DNA of 63,708 nucleotides, the filler included, from Octopus bimaculoides (taxonomy: Eukaryota): assembly GCF_001194135.2 (NCBI RefSeq). It is 7 parts of 7 records of this genome, joined end to end, with 100 filler letters (N's around TTAATTAATTAA, not from the genome) between each part and the next. Parts side by side here need not be neighbours in the genome. Positions count along the whole stretch, not along the records: positions 46,398 to 55,920 come from NC_068981.1; positions 56,021 to 59,241 come from NC_069003.1; positions 59,342 to 60,782 come from NC_069007.1; positions 60,883 to 63,708 come from NC_068986.1; 3 more parts are not named here. The stretch is one strand, 5' to 3'. The first letter of the stretch is position 1. The number at the start of each line of letters is the position of its first letter. Positions 52,756 through 63,708 of the stretch are shown here, in pieces. A program made the position numbers and the translations under genes. Below the pieces are notes generated by a model that had not been told where the DNA came from, did not search any database, and saw nothing but the letters and a program-made list of their open reading frames with translations.

Positions 52756-53664
52756 CATACACACACACATATGCAGATGAATATAGTCGCATAAACGTAA
52801 ATAATTTATGTATTTAAAACATGTATAATATATATGTGTGTGTGTGTGCGTGTGTGTGTGTATATATGTATGTATGGAAATGTACAAGTCAGTCTATGTA
52901 CACACAAACACGCTCACACACACACACACATGCTCATATATAAATAGAAAGATTGATAGATAGATACGTAGACAGATAGTGCATTCACACTATAGGTTCA
53001 TGCGTGTTGTAGAAGTCTCGAAAACGTTATGTTATTTGATGAGCATCTAATCCAACATGTAACACTACTTGTTGTTGGATACACTACGTTGAATATCAGC
53101 CGTCCCCTCCTCTCTCACTTCCATTTAGGTTTTCCGTTAATTATTCCGAGAAATCAATATTGTCTATCACTTACACATCTTATTATATTTGCGAATGGGA
53201 CTGCAAGCAAGCATACATACAGGCATATATACACAAACACACACGCACATGCACACAAACACACACACACACGCATACAGACCCAAACGCACACATACAG
53301 ACGCATCCATTTATATATGCATTTATATATGCATATATACGCAGGTAAGTATATGCTATAAATATATATACATATATGCAATTATATATACATGTAAGTT
53401 TAAATATGGAAACATACACACACACACGCATACACGCGCGCGCACACACATATACACAGATGTAAATACATATTTATGTACGTATGTATACATGCGATTA
53501 CATATATTTGTATGTATGTGTGTGTGTGTGAATATGTGATATATATGAATGTGTGTGTGTATATATATATATATCTTTGCATGTTTGTTTGCAGAGAGAG
53601 AGAGACAGAGACAGAGAGAGAGAAAGAGAGAAAGAGAGAGAGAGAGAGAGCGAGAGCGAGAGAG

Positions 53665-53716
<52 letters not shown>

Positions 53717-54111
53717 NNNNNNNNNNNNNNNNNNNNNNNNNNNNNNNNNNNNNNNNNNNNNNNNNNNNNNNNNNNNNNNNNNNNNNNNNNNNNNNNNNNN
53801 NNNNNNNNNNNNNNNNNNNNNNNNNNNNNNNNNNNNNNNNNNNNNNNNNNNNNNNNNNNNNNNNNNNNNNNNNNNNNNNNNNNNNNNNNNNNNNNNNNNN
53901 NNNNNNNNNNNNNNNNNNNNNNNNNNNNNNNNNNNNNNNNNNNNNNNNNNNNNNNNNNNNNNNNNNNNNNNNNNNNNNNNNNNNNNNNNNNNNNNNNNNN
54001 NNNNNNNNNNNNNNNNNNNNNNNNNNNNNNNNNNNNNNNNNNNNNNNNNNNNNNNNNNNNNNNNNATACAATAAATAGACTGTTAGACAATCCAACAGAT
54101 AGACTGATAGC

Positions 54112-54163
<52 letters not shown>

Positions 54164-55179
54164 CAGACAGACGTGTGTGTAAGAATAACGCGAAAACATA
54201 TCGGGTAACTATATTTGTTTTCTTACACATGTAAAAGCTCTCCTTATAACATCTGATTTATGTAAAATAATAAAGTTACACCTGATTCTTTGTCTTTGTC
54301 TCCCTCACTCAATATTTTTCTACATGTTTTTTGCTCTCCATCGCTACGGTAGGACGTATGCATGTTTGCATGTACGCGTGTACTTATGTATGTATATTGA
54401 CAAATATACGCGTCTATTTGTATGTGTATAGTATGAAAATGATTGTATATATATATGTATGTATATATGTATGTGTGCATGTATGTGTGTATATGTACGT
54501 ATGTGTGTATGTGTCTGTATGTATGTTTATGTCTATGCATGTGTGTGCATGTATGTTTGTGTGTATGAATGTGTGTGTATGAACGTGTGTGTATGTACGT
54601 ATGTATGAATGCATGATGCATGTATGTGTGCATGCGTGCATGTATGTATTTATGTATGTATGTATCTGTCCTTAATACCATAAATAGATTCATCTTGCTC
54701 TATATTTTCCAAGTGAGATTATGCTCTTATCATATACCTAAACATATACCTTTTGTTCAATGCCTATATATATGTATATATATNNNNNNNNNNNNNNNNN
54801 NNNNNNNNNNNNNNNNNNNNNNNNNNNNNNNNNNNNNNNNNNNNNNNNNNNNNNNNNNNNNNNNNNNNNNNNNNNNNNNNNNNNNNNNNNNNNNNNNNNN
54901 NNNNNNNNNNNNNNNNNNNNNNNNNNNNNNNNNNNNNNNNNNNNNNNNNNNNNNNNNNNNNNNNNNNNNNNNNNNNNNNNNNNNNNNNNNNNNNNNNNNN
55001 NNNNNNNNNNNNNNNNNNNNNNNNNNNNNNNNNNNNNNNNNNNNNNNNNNNNNNNNNNNNNNNNNNNNNNNNNNNNNNNNNNNNNNNNNNNNNNNNNNNN
55101 NNNNNNNNNNNNTATATATATATAAATATATATATATATATACACACATAAATGTGATACACATATACATATATATATG

Positions 55180-55350
55180 CGTGTGTTCGAAATACGAGAG
55201 TAGAAAACCAGCAAACAACTGACGAAGGATCGTTCTTTATGTTATTTGTCTTGTTTTCCATTTGTGTCTTTCGTTGTTCAAAAAAATAGTTCATATTCCG
55301 TGTACTCGTACTTCGTATTTTTTCGTTGTACACATTTCGTGATGTCCGTG
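55180..55350 (+). repeat. PLE-pLTR-like interspersed repeat, homologous to 63420-63630
   Basis: Shared order ttcgaaa..cg..agtag...acaactga..aag...tctttatgtt...ttgttc(g)aaaaa...tgtgatgtcc. Confidence 0.5.
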
Positions 55351-55407
55351 CCTACATATGCATATATATATACGTATAGATGTATGTACATATACGTATG
55401 TATATAA

Positions 55408-55477
<70 letters not shown>

Positions 55478-55860
55478 GCATGTATGTAGACATAGAAATA
55501 TGTATAAAAAATAGTAATACACTTTTAATTCTCCCCCAACCCCCACACTTCTCTAAATAGTTTAATAGATACATATAATGTACATACAGCATCGAGTAAT
55601 ACCTCAGTTCATCTTTATTCTGTCAACGTAAAACAAACATTTGAAATTACATACATATCATCCACAGAGTCATGACTGAATCAAATCTGGGATCGTTGGA
55701 CCTCTACTGAAAGCTTATCTAATTAAATCAATCTGAGAGTCATTGAGCAATTCAGGGCTTTCAGTGGGTAATTGGTGTGGTGATTTGCTTAATAACTGCT
55801 CACATAAGCATTGTCATTGAACAGAGTGAGGTTGGGATATAACCAGCAATATATATGTAT

Positions 55861-55896
<36 letters not shown>

Positions 55897-56344
55897 GTAT
55901 ATATATATATATATATATATNNNNNNNNNNNNNNNNNNNNNNNNNNNNNNNNNNNNNNNNNNNNTTAATTAATTAANNNNNNNNNNNNNNNNNNNNNNNN
56001 NNNNNNNNNNNNNNNNNNNNCACTACAGTATCGAAATGTGATTGTTTCAGTTAGTGGAATAGTTTCATTTTTAAAGTGAAAGTATTTGACATGAGTGTTT
56101 TTGTTTCACTTTTGACACGTAATACTTAAATAGTGGAGGAGATATTATGTTGCCATGTGCTCGAACTCTGCAAGAAGTTAATAATTTTTTTGACTAAAAC
56201 ACAACTGGAACCCTAAGTAAGGCATGTGTAAAATTTGAATGAAATTGGTTGCGTAGTTCTCGAGTTTTAGGGATTCACACAGACAGACAGACAGACACAC
56301 ATTCTCATTTTTATATATATAGATGAGAGAGAGAGAGATATGTG

Positions 56345-57065
56345 TATATCATTTCTGTCAACCAAATTCACTCAGAATGCATTGATTGGCCCAGAGCTAT
56401 AGTAGAAGACATATGCCTGATGTCCTGCACAGTGGGATTGAACTGAAAGCCATTTGGTTGCAAAGCAAACTTCTTCACCACACACAGATATCTATTTTCC
56501 ATGCAGAGAGGTGAAAGTAAGACGACCTTCTGGAATCAGCGTCTCTCCAGGCTATTTGTTAATAAGGTAAAAAAGACTGTTGTGTCATTGAAGACTTGGT
56601 TTTTGAATTTGCTGGCGCAACAATCTGGCAAATGACATCAGCTGAATAACTTCAGGACCCCAATTAACTGCTGCCTGGGTTTTGTAAAGAGAAATGGTAA
56701 TTGTCTGAACCACAAAATCAGAACAGATTTAGAATCGGTTAGCATCAGAGACACCATTTTTATGTCATCAGACAGTAGAGTATGAAATAGAATGAAGGAC
56801 ATGGCCGAAAGACAGAAAGAGACAAAGAAAGAGTGCCTTCTAATATAGCCCCAGGCTGACCAAAGCCGCGTGAGTGGTAGACAGAAACTGAAACAAGCCT
56901 GTCATATGTGTGTATGTGTTTATGTATATCTGTGTGTGTGTGTGTGTGTGTGTGTGTTTGTGTTTGTCCTCCCATCACTGCTTGACAACCGGTGTTGATG
57001 TGTTTATGTCCCTGTAAATAAAGCAGTTCAGCAGAAGAGACCAATAAGATTAGTACTAGGCGTAA
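56345..57065. mobile_element. Family 2 SINE copies: 56345-56490 (minus) and 56835-57065 (plus)
   Basis: gagctatagtagaagacat..gcc (reverse of the 5' part) and gaccaaagcc..gtgagtggtagacagaaactgaa...gcttgacaaccggtgttg. Confidence 0.75.
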
Positions 57066-57554
57066 AAAAAAAAAAAAAAAANNNNNNNNNNNNNNNNNNN
57101 NNNNNNNNNNNNNNNNNNNNNNNNNNNNNNNNNNNNNNNNNNNNNNNNNNNNNNNNNNNNNNNNNNNNNNNNNNNNNNNNNNNNNNNNNNNNNNNNNNNN
57201 NNNNNNNNNNNNNNNNNNNNNNNNNNNNNNNNNNNNNNNNNNNNNNNNNNNNNNNNNNNNNNNNNNNNNNNNNNNNNNNNNNNNNNNNNNNNNNNNNNNN
57301 NNNNNNNNNNNNNNNNNNNNNNNNNNNNNNNNNNNNNNNNNNNNNNNNNNNNNNNNNNNNNNNNNNNNNNNNNNNNNNNNNNNNNNNNNNNNNNNNNNNN
57401 NNNNNNNNNNNNNNNNNNNNNNNNNNNNNNNNNNNNNNNNNNNNNNNNNNATATATATATATATATATATATATATACCTGTGTGTGTGTGTACCCTTGT
57501 CTTGATAATACATGATGATTGCACATGAACATCAAGTTACTATAGTAAATGGCC

Positions 57555-57843
57555 TGACTGTTTGTGTTTCCAGAACTTCTAGGGTCTTAAAACCTCCTCA
57601 TACTTTACATCACATTCATGTCTTCCATTTTCAAGTCTGACATTGCTATTCATTACAAAATTTAGCTTTTCATATGCACCACAGTCAAGCCTGGCAGATG
57701 AAGAAAAGGATTGCTTTTATGAGTGAAGTCCTCCTGCAGACTACCTTTGAAACGAATGGCAATGGCACACTTCAAAGTCATGAATCTGGTGAGAGGTATG
57801 AAGAGGTTTTTAAGATCCTAGGAGTTCTGGAACATAAACGGCC
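57555..57843. repeat. Diverged foldback of a CR1-like LINE fragment (arms about 105 bp)
   Basis: ttccagaacttctagggtcttaaaacctcctcatac pairs with gtatgaagaggtttttaagatcctaggagttctggaa. The right arm encodes RYEEVFKILGVLEHKR (resembles CR1 SYEERLxxLGLxSLExRR). Confidence 0.75.
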
Positions 57844-58384
57844 TTCCTTCATAAAAGCAGTCCTTTCGTTTATCTGTAACCCTTGACTGTCAAAAGCTAA
57901 ATGTGACAACATGTCTGGTTATGAGAACCATTATCTTGCAGAGAAACAAGTGAGAGCTGGCAACAGGAAGCACATCTGGCCACAGAAAATCTGCCCAAAC
58001 AAATTCCATTTGAATCATGCAAACACCAAAGAGTGGACAGTAAATGACGATGATGATGATGGAGTCAGTATCCGTTTTTATAATCTAATTGTCAAATGAC
58101 AGGTAAGGTTGCTTTCTTAGATAAATTATATACGAGAATAAATTACACTGAAACAGTAAGTAATAATCTCGACAGGAGTAAATAGATTGTTGACAGACAC
58201 TTTTGTATGAATCTTATCTTGAAAGATATCTCTCTTTTCAGAATAATTAAAATCTTGATATGACATGAGCAAACCGTTTAATAAGAATACATTGCATGTA
58301 GGCAGAGGTGTGGCCCAGTGGTTGAGAATCTTGCTTCCCAATCATATGGTCCTGGTTTCAATCTTACCACACAGCATACATATC

Positions 58385-58640
58385 GTCATCATCGTAACCA
58401 TCATCTAACGTCCACTGTCCATGCTGGCATGGGTTGGATGGTTTAACCAGAGCTTGCAAGTCGGAGGGTGGGGGTGGAACCAGACTCCAGTCTGACTTGG
58501 CATGGTTTCTATGGCTGAATGCCCTTACTAATGCCAACCACTTTACAGAGTGTGCTGGGTGCTTTTTACGCAGCATCACATGGGAGCCTTTACATGGCCC
58601 CACACAAGCCATTTTACGTGACACTGCCATGAGTGCTTTT
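58385..58640 (-). mobile_element. SINE or LINE-tail element with an (ATG)n tail; an opposite-orientation tail fragment is at about 57990-58065
   Basis: catcatctaacgtccactgtccatgctggcatggg...atgcccttactaatgccaaccactttacagagtg; the + fragment ends catgcaaacaccaaagagtggacagtaaatgacgatgatgat. Confidence 0.65.
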
Positions 58641-58684
58641 CACCACTAGAAGGACCAGTTTTAACACTTCTACTGCAGAGTATA

Positions 58685-58719
<35 letters not shown>

Positions 58720-59673
58720 ATTTGTATATGTATATATAGACGTGGTTATGAAATGTTATATATGTATGTATAGTGAATACATCCAACAGTAATATTAAGT
58801 TCTGTCAGCACATTGGTGGTTTCTGGTTATACGTTCTATTTTCCAGCCGCATGACTTGGGTGTGTGTATTGACAGCTGAACCAACACACTGACTCAAACA
58901 CATATCTACAAACACTGGGAACTCTCTTAACTCAAAAGTCTTGTCACTTTGTTAGCAATCAGCTTGAACTCTCTAAATAAAAACTTAAATAAAACTCAAA
59001 GAAAAAACATATATATATAATAAATAATATAATACATATATGTCGGCTATCTATCTACTCCTCATTTTGAGCAAACACTGGAAATATATATATATTGTTC
59101 AATAGACACAGTATATATTTTTCGGAGCTACTAATAATTTCATGCAATTAAAACAACTCAGACAACATTTTATAACGTGTCTGGTGTCAGTCATTCTTCA
59201 TTGCATGAAACTATTAGTTGCTCATTGAAATATATACTATGNNNNNNNNNNNNNNNNNNNNNNNNNNNNNNNNNNNNNNNNNNNNTTAATTAATTAANNN
59301 NNNNNNNNNNNNNNNNNNNNNNNNNNNNNNNNNNNNNNNNNTATATATATATATAGATATAGATAGATAGATATACATACATACATATATACATAATATA
59401 TATATATATATAAACATATATATATATATACATATTCAGATATAAGCACACAAACATATATCTATATATGTGTGTGTGTGAGTGTGTGTCTGTGTATGTG
59501 CATGCATATACATATATATATATATATTATATATATATATGCATGTATATATATGTGTATGTGTATACATATATATATGTATGTATATATGTGTGTGTGT
59601 GTCTGTCTGTCTTTGTATGTACATGCACATACATAATATAGACATACTTGTGTGTGTGTGTGTGTGTGTGTGT

Positions 59674-59720
<47 letters not shown>

Positions 59721-60109
59721 CACACACATAAATGAGACATTTTTTTTACATCCTGTTGTTTGCTCACAAGAAAGGAGTGTCTTAAACAATACGATAAAAA
59801 AAACATTTGAAAAGTAAATATTAAAAAAAAAGCGAAAAAAAACTGAAGCGGCATTTTTTTTTTACTTCTTAGTGCAACAACAACAACAACAAATAAAATC
59901 TACAGCAACAACAACAACAGCCATAACTGCAACAACAGGTTAGAAATAGGGCAACAGAAGAACGAGGGGTTAATAGAATGAAATAGAAGTTTAAAGAAAA
60001 AATATACAAACGAGTGCGTTCGCGCGCGCACACACACACGCTCACGCACATACACACATGCCCACATACACACAAATGCACACATACATACGTACATACA
60101 GACAGACAT

Positions 60110-60290
60110 TAGAAGCCATAGCCACTCCTAATAAAATAGAGAACTGGTGGAATGTTCCAGTGAAATATTCAATAAAATGTGAACATAATAGGCCTGACAT
60201 AGTGATTTGGGATAGAGAAGAGAAACTGTGTATAGTTGTGGAAATCAGCTGCCCAGCGGATATCAACGCAAAGCTAAGGATCAACGGAGA
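60110..60290 (+). pseudogene. Restriction-like endonuclease (RLE) fragment of an R4/Dong-type non-LTR element
   Basis: HNRPDIVIWDREEKLCIVVEISCP is a PD-(D/E)xK-type RLE motif. Confidence 0.85.
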
Positions 60291-60301
60291 AGAACATTTT
60301 T

Positions 60302-60722
60302 GAGCGAGCCAGTGTCAATCGCAAGTTTGCTTCTAATTCACGAGCATCATGCAGAGAAATGAGGAAGAAAAATATCACCATTAAGAAATCTTCCTCCGAA
60401 GAAGATCTACAATCATTCTGATCAAAAATTTGCAACGAAAAGAGGGATTTCAACCTGAATGCATCATGGTTAAATACAATTGAGAGAGAATACTGTACCA
60501 ACACTAAGAGTAAAACATACAAAACTGATGCAGAAAGCTTCGCTATAGCAGTAGGCAAACTGCAGAATGGGATGGCCCCAGGAAGGAACCTAATAGTTGG
60601 ATATTGGTAAACGAAGCTGACATTATATAGAAACCAATTGATATGTATGTTTAAAAGGACTATGGAAGGTCAGACTGATACACCAAATTGGCTTGCGACA
60701 GCAAGGACAAATCTTGTAAAAC
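60302..60722 (+). pseudogene. Pre-RT/RT N-terminal fragment of an R4/Dong-type element
   Basis: SF*SKICN..FNLNASWL...KLQNGMAPGRNLIVGYW*...PNWLATARTNLVK resembles FWxxIW..HNxxAxW...NWKAPGxDxIxxYWxK...PxWLxxGRTxLIPK. Confidence 0.8.
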
Positions 60723-61108
60723 CGAGTAAAACCTTGTAAGTGGATTTGGTTGACGGAAACTAGAAGAAGGCCGTTATATATANNNNNNNNNNNNNNNNNN
60801 NNNNNNNNNNNNNNNNNNNNNNNNNNTTAATTAATTAANNNNNNNNNNNNNNNNNNNNNNNNNNNNNNNNNNNNNNNNNNNNATATATATATATATATAC
60901 GACGGGCTTCTTTCTTTATATATACACATATGTCTGTCTATCTATATATATGTATATATGCAACAAAACCACCGTAAATTATAAATTCCAGGAGCTAGTC
61001 TAACATCAGAATGGAGTTGTTCTCCACTGAGAATACGAGATACAAAAGGTTCAGAAAAAAAAACATACAAATGAACTAACACAATAAACGTGTACTTCTC
61101 TTCTTCAG

Positions 61109-61238
61109 CTGCCTATTGAATATTATTATGGGTTTGACATCTTGGCAATACGATACAATCCGGTGGTGTAAACGGCATCAGAAATATAAACGCTTCTTGG
61201 GAATAGTAGACTTGAAACACAGGCCAAACAAGCTCAGG
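61109..61238 (+). CDS. Putative exon (phase 2-0)
   Basis: Strong tacttctcttcttcag| acceptor and cagg|gtattc donor; CLLNIIMGLTSWQYDTIRWCKRHQKYKRFLGIVDLKHRPNKLR. Confidence 0.35.
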
Positions 61239-62093
61239 GTATTCATTAAGTCGACACTTGTTTACAGTTACAAAGGACAGATACAAACAGTAAATCGCCT
61301 ACATAAATCGTCACATAACTGCAGCTATCAAATATGAAAATGAAATAAAGTATACAAAACTGTGTAAATAAATCAAAACAGACATTGCTACTTAAAGGCT
61401 TATAGATAATAAAAACAAACTAAACAGCGTGCAAATGTTATTAAACATACAAATCGAAAAATTAGTTACGGGCGCGTAAATCAATAAAATGCAGAAAAAT
61501 AATGATAACCGCAGAATGAAGTACTTCAGTTTCACAAGGTAACAAGCATAACAAAAACAAGTGAATGCATCTTCTCGAACTGTAAATGTATAAATTACTT
61601 GAAGAACATTAAACAAAACAGCCGTGTTTGAAACATTAAAAATATTTAAAACGAACCAACCGAAAATATTCTCCACGTAGTACCTACATGCAACGTTGTT
61701 GTGAGGAAAGCTAAGACTTAGCTCCTGACTCCACTTGCTGTCCAACGATGATAGACTAATCTTAATCTCTGAGTGGAAGTCTAGAAGTTATTCCTTAGCT
61801 GAAGTGACGTTATATACAATATGTGAGGTCAGATGCAAAAACTGCAGCCATCAATGTTAACGTCAAATAAAACGACATTGCAAGGATTCATTCTATGCTC
61901 AAACTACAAATTACACCATTTTTTTCTGAAATTACGTTATGTCTTCCTGTGCAAACTTTTAACTAACAATTTCCTGACACAACTAAGTTTTTCCATATGT
62001 TTCATCAACAGCATAACTCTATCTACAAATGCATCAACTTTGTAATTCTGTCGCAACATATAACTTAACTGGCGAACACGTTATACTCTTTAC

Positions 62094-62256
62094 GGTATTC
62101 TACTCAATGCTAAGTGCAATGATACAGTACGAAAATAAAAGTCCTCACTATTATAATAAATGCTGGTTATAACCTTATTATTCAAACTGACTACCTTAGC
62201 ACTTAAATGGTAAACCACATTCACTGCATCACCATTTGTATTAACTCCAGTATCTC
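62094..62256 (-). CDS. Putative minus-strand exon (phase 1-2), frame-compatible with 61684-61737 (-)
   Basis: ccag|...cc|gtaaag; GDTGVNTNGDAVNVVYHLSAKVVSLNNKVITSIYYNSEDFYFRTVSLHLALSRI, then (P)KWSQELSLSFPHNNVAC. Confidence 0.25.
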
Positions 62257-62313
62257 CTGGATATATTTTCACAAGTAAATTTTCAATGAAATTGTAGTTA
62301 AAAGGACCGAGAA

Positions 62314-62365
<52 letters not shown>

Positions 62366-62546
62366 NNNNNNNNNNNNNNNNNNNNNNNNNNNNNNNNNNN
62401 NNNNNNNNNNNNNNNNNNNNNNNNNNNNNNNNNNNNNNNNNNNNNNNNNNNNNNNNNNNNNNNNNNNNNNNNNNNNNNNNNNNNNNNNNNNNNNNNNNNN
62501 NNNNNNNNNNNNNNNNNNNNNNNNNNNNNNNNNNNNNNNNNNNNNN

Positions 62547-62580
<34 letters not shown>

Positions 62581-63419
62581 AAAAGAAAATTGAAAATGCA
62601 CCTGTAGTCTTGAAGAAGAATTATTTACATTTACTTAACCGGTTTTACAATTTTATGATTTTCATAAGTACTTAGAGATGGAAGGATCTAGAGCTATGCT
62701 GTATTTGTTTCAACTCAGACTGGAGTTTGGAAATTCGCTCCTTTTTTCGGAGAGATTATGGCTGAAATCGCCATCAGTTAAGGTGCTGCTTGGTTGGTTG
62801 AACTGCTTAAGTAACCAAAGACTCGTGTGTGACTACATGAAATATAGTTACGCCAAAAGTTAAGACTGTATTAGGCTAGACAATGTGTCATGTCACGGTA
62901 TAGACAACAATTACGCGTTATGTTAGCTTATTAAGTCATGCAACAGTATGGAAGATCATTCACCAGTAGTCAAGGTGGTTGTTAATCCTGTAAATGTTTC
63001 ATGTGATACCATCAACAATACCCCCACCCACTCACACGCACACACACACACACACACACGAACACACACACACACACACACAACCAAACACATGCATACA
63101 CACACGTTTTTTCTCTCCCTAGTTTTCCTGACATCTCTTTCTATCGAAGATCGTAGGGTCAGAACATCAATGACTTTTCCATTCTTCCCGAACGTCAAAC
63201 TAATACACCTGTTTGTTGTTCCCTCACCTGTCTTTTTTGTTTACTGTACATTTGAACCATCGTCTTAGCCTAACAGTCCTTACCGTTTGTTTTCACTGTT
63301 CTGTCTTGTTTTTACTGTCCTTTACTGTCTTGTTCTCACTGTCCTGTTCTTGTTTACACTTTCACCCACCGCAAAAAATTCCAAATTTTATTTAATTTGC
63401 TTTGTGGGAAGGACTGTTC

Positions 63420-63630
63420 CAACGAAGTCGCGTATTGTCCATGCCTTCGAAACGCGAAGTAGATGAAACAGGGACAACTGATTAAGAGATATACTCTTTA
63501 TGTTGCATGTCTCGTTTCTCTGTTTATTTGTTTTTTTCGGTGTTCGAAAAACAAGTTCGTTTTCTGTCTTCGTCTTTATGTTTTCGTTTCTCATTGTGTT
63601 TAACGTTTTTTGTGATGTCCTGCATCCATA
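63420..63630 (+). repeat. PLE-pLTR-like interspersed repeat with a degenerate hammerhead-like core
   Basis: ccaacgaag...gccttcgaaacgcg; homologous to 55180-55350. Confidence 0.45.
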
Positions 63631-63708
63631 TATGCATGCATGTATACATATAGATGTAGGTATGTACATATATGTATGGATATATGTACGGATATATATA
63701 TATATATA

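Overview
AT-rich, gap-riddled eukaryotic draft-assembly DNA, most likely octopus or another coleoid cephalopod. This is inferred from the SINE families and the extreme microsatellite density, not from a database search. There is no intact long gene and no rRNA, tRNA gene or CRISPR array. Nearly all ORFs in the supplied track are artefacts of (CA)n, (TA)n or (GA)n repeats and N runs. The window is mostly intron-like sequence. It contains about 30 copies or fragments of tRNA-derived SINEs, a decayed DD37D (maT) mariner, remnants of R4/Dong-like, L2, CR1 and RTE LINEs, Penelope-like (PLE) terminal-repeat remnants, MITE and foldback elements, and a mini Helentron-type element. Several short segments have canonical splice sites and one open frame, suggesting one or more unidentified multi-exon genes on the + strand; these calls are tentative. 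The most notable observations are (1) an apparently intact minimal type-I hammerhead ribozyme at 2850-2884 (-) in a PLE-like remnant, (2) a perfect RFX X-box palindrome at 36374-36387, (3) a cluster of long foldbacks, including a TA-flanked MITE inserted at the axis of another palindrome, and (4) six artificial TTAATTAATTAA gap linkers.
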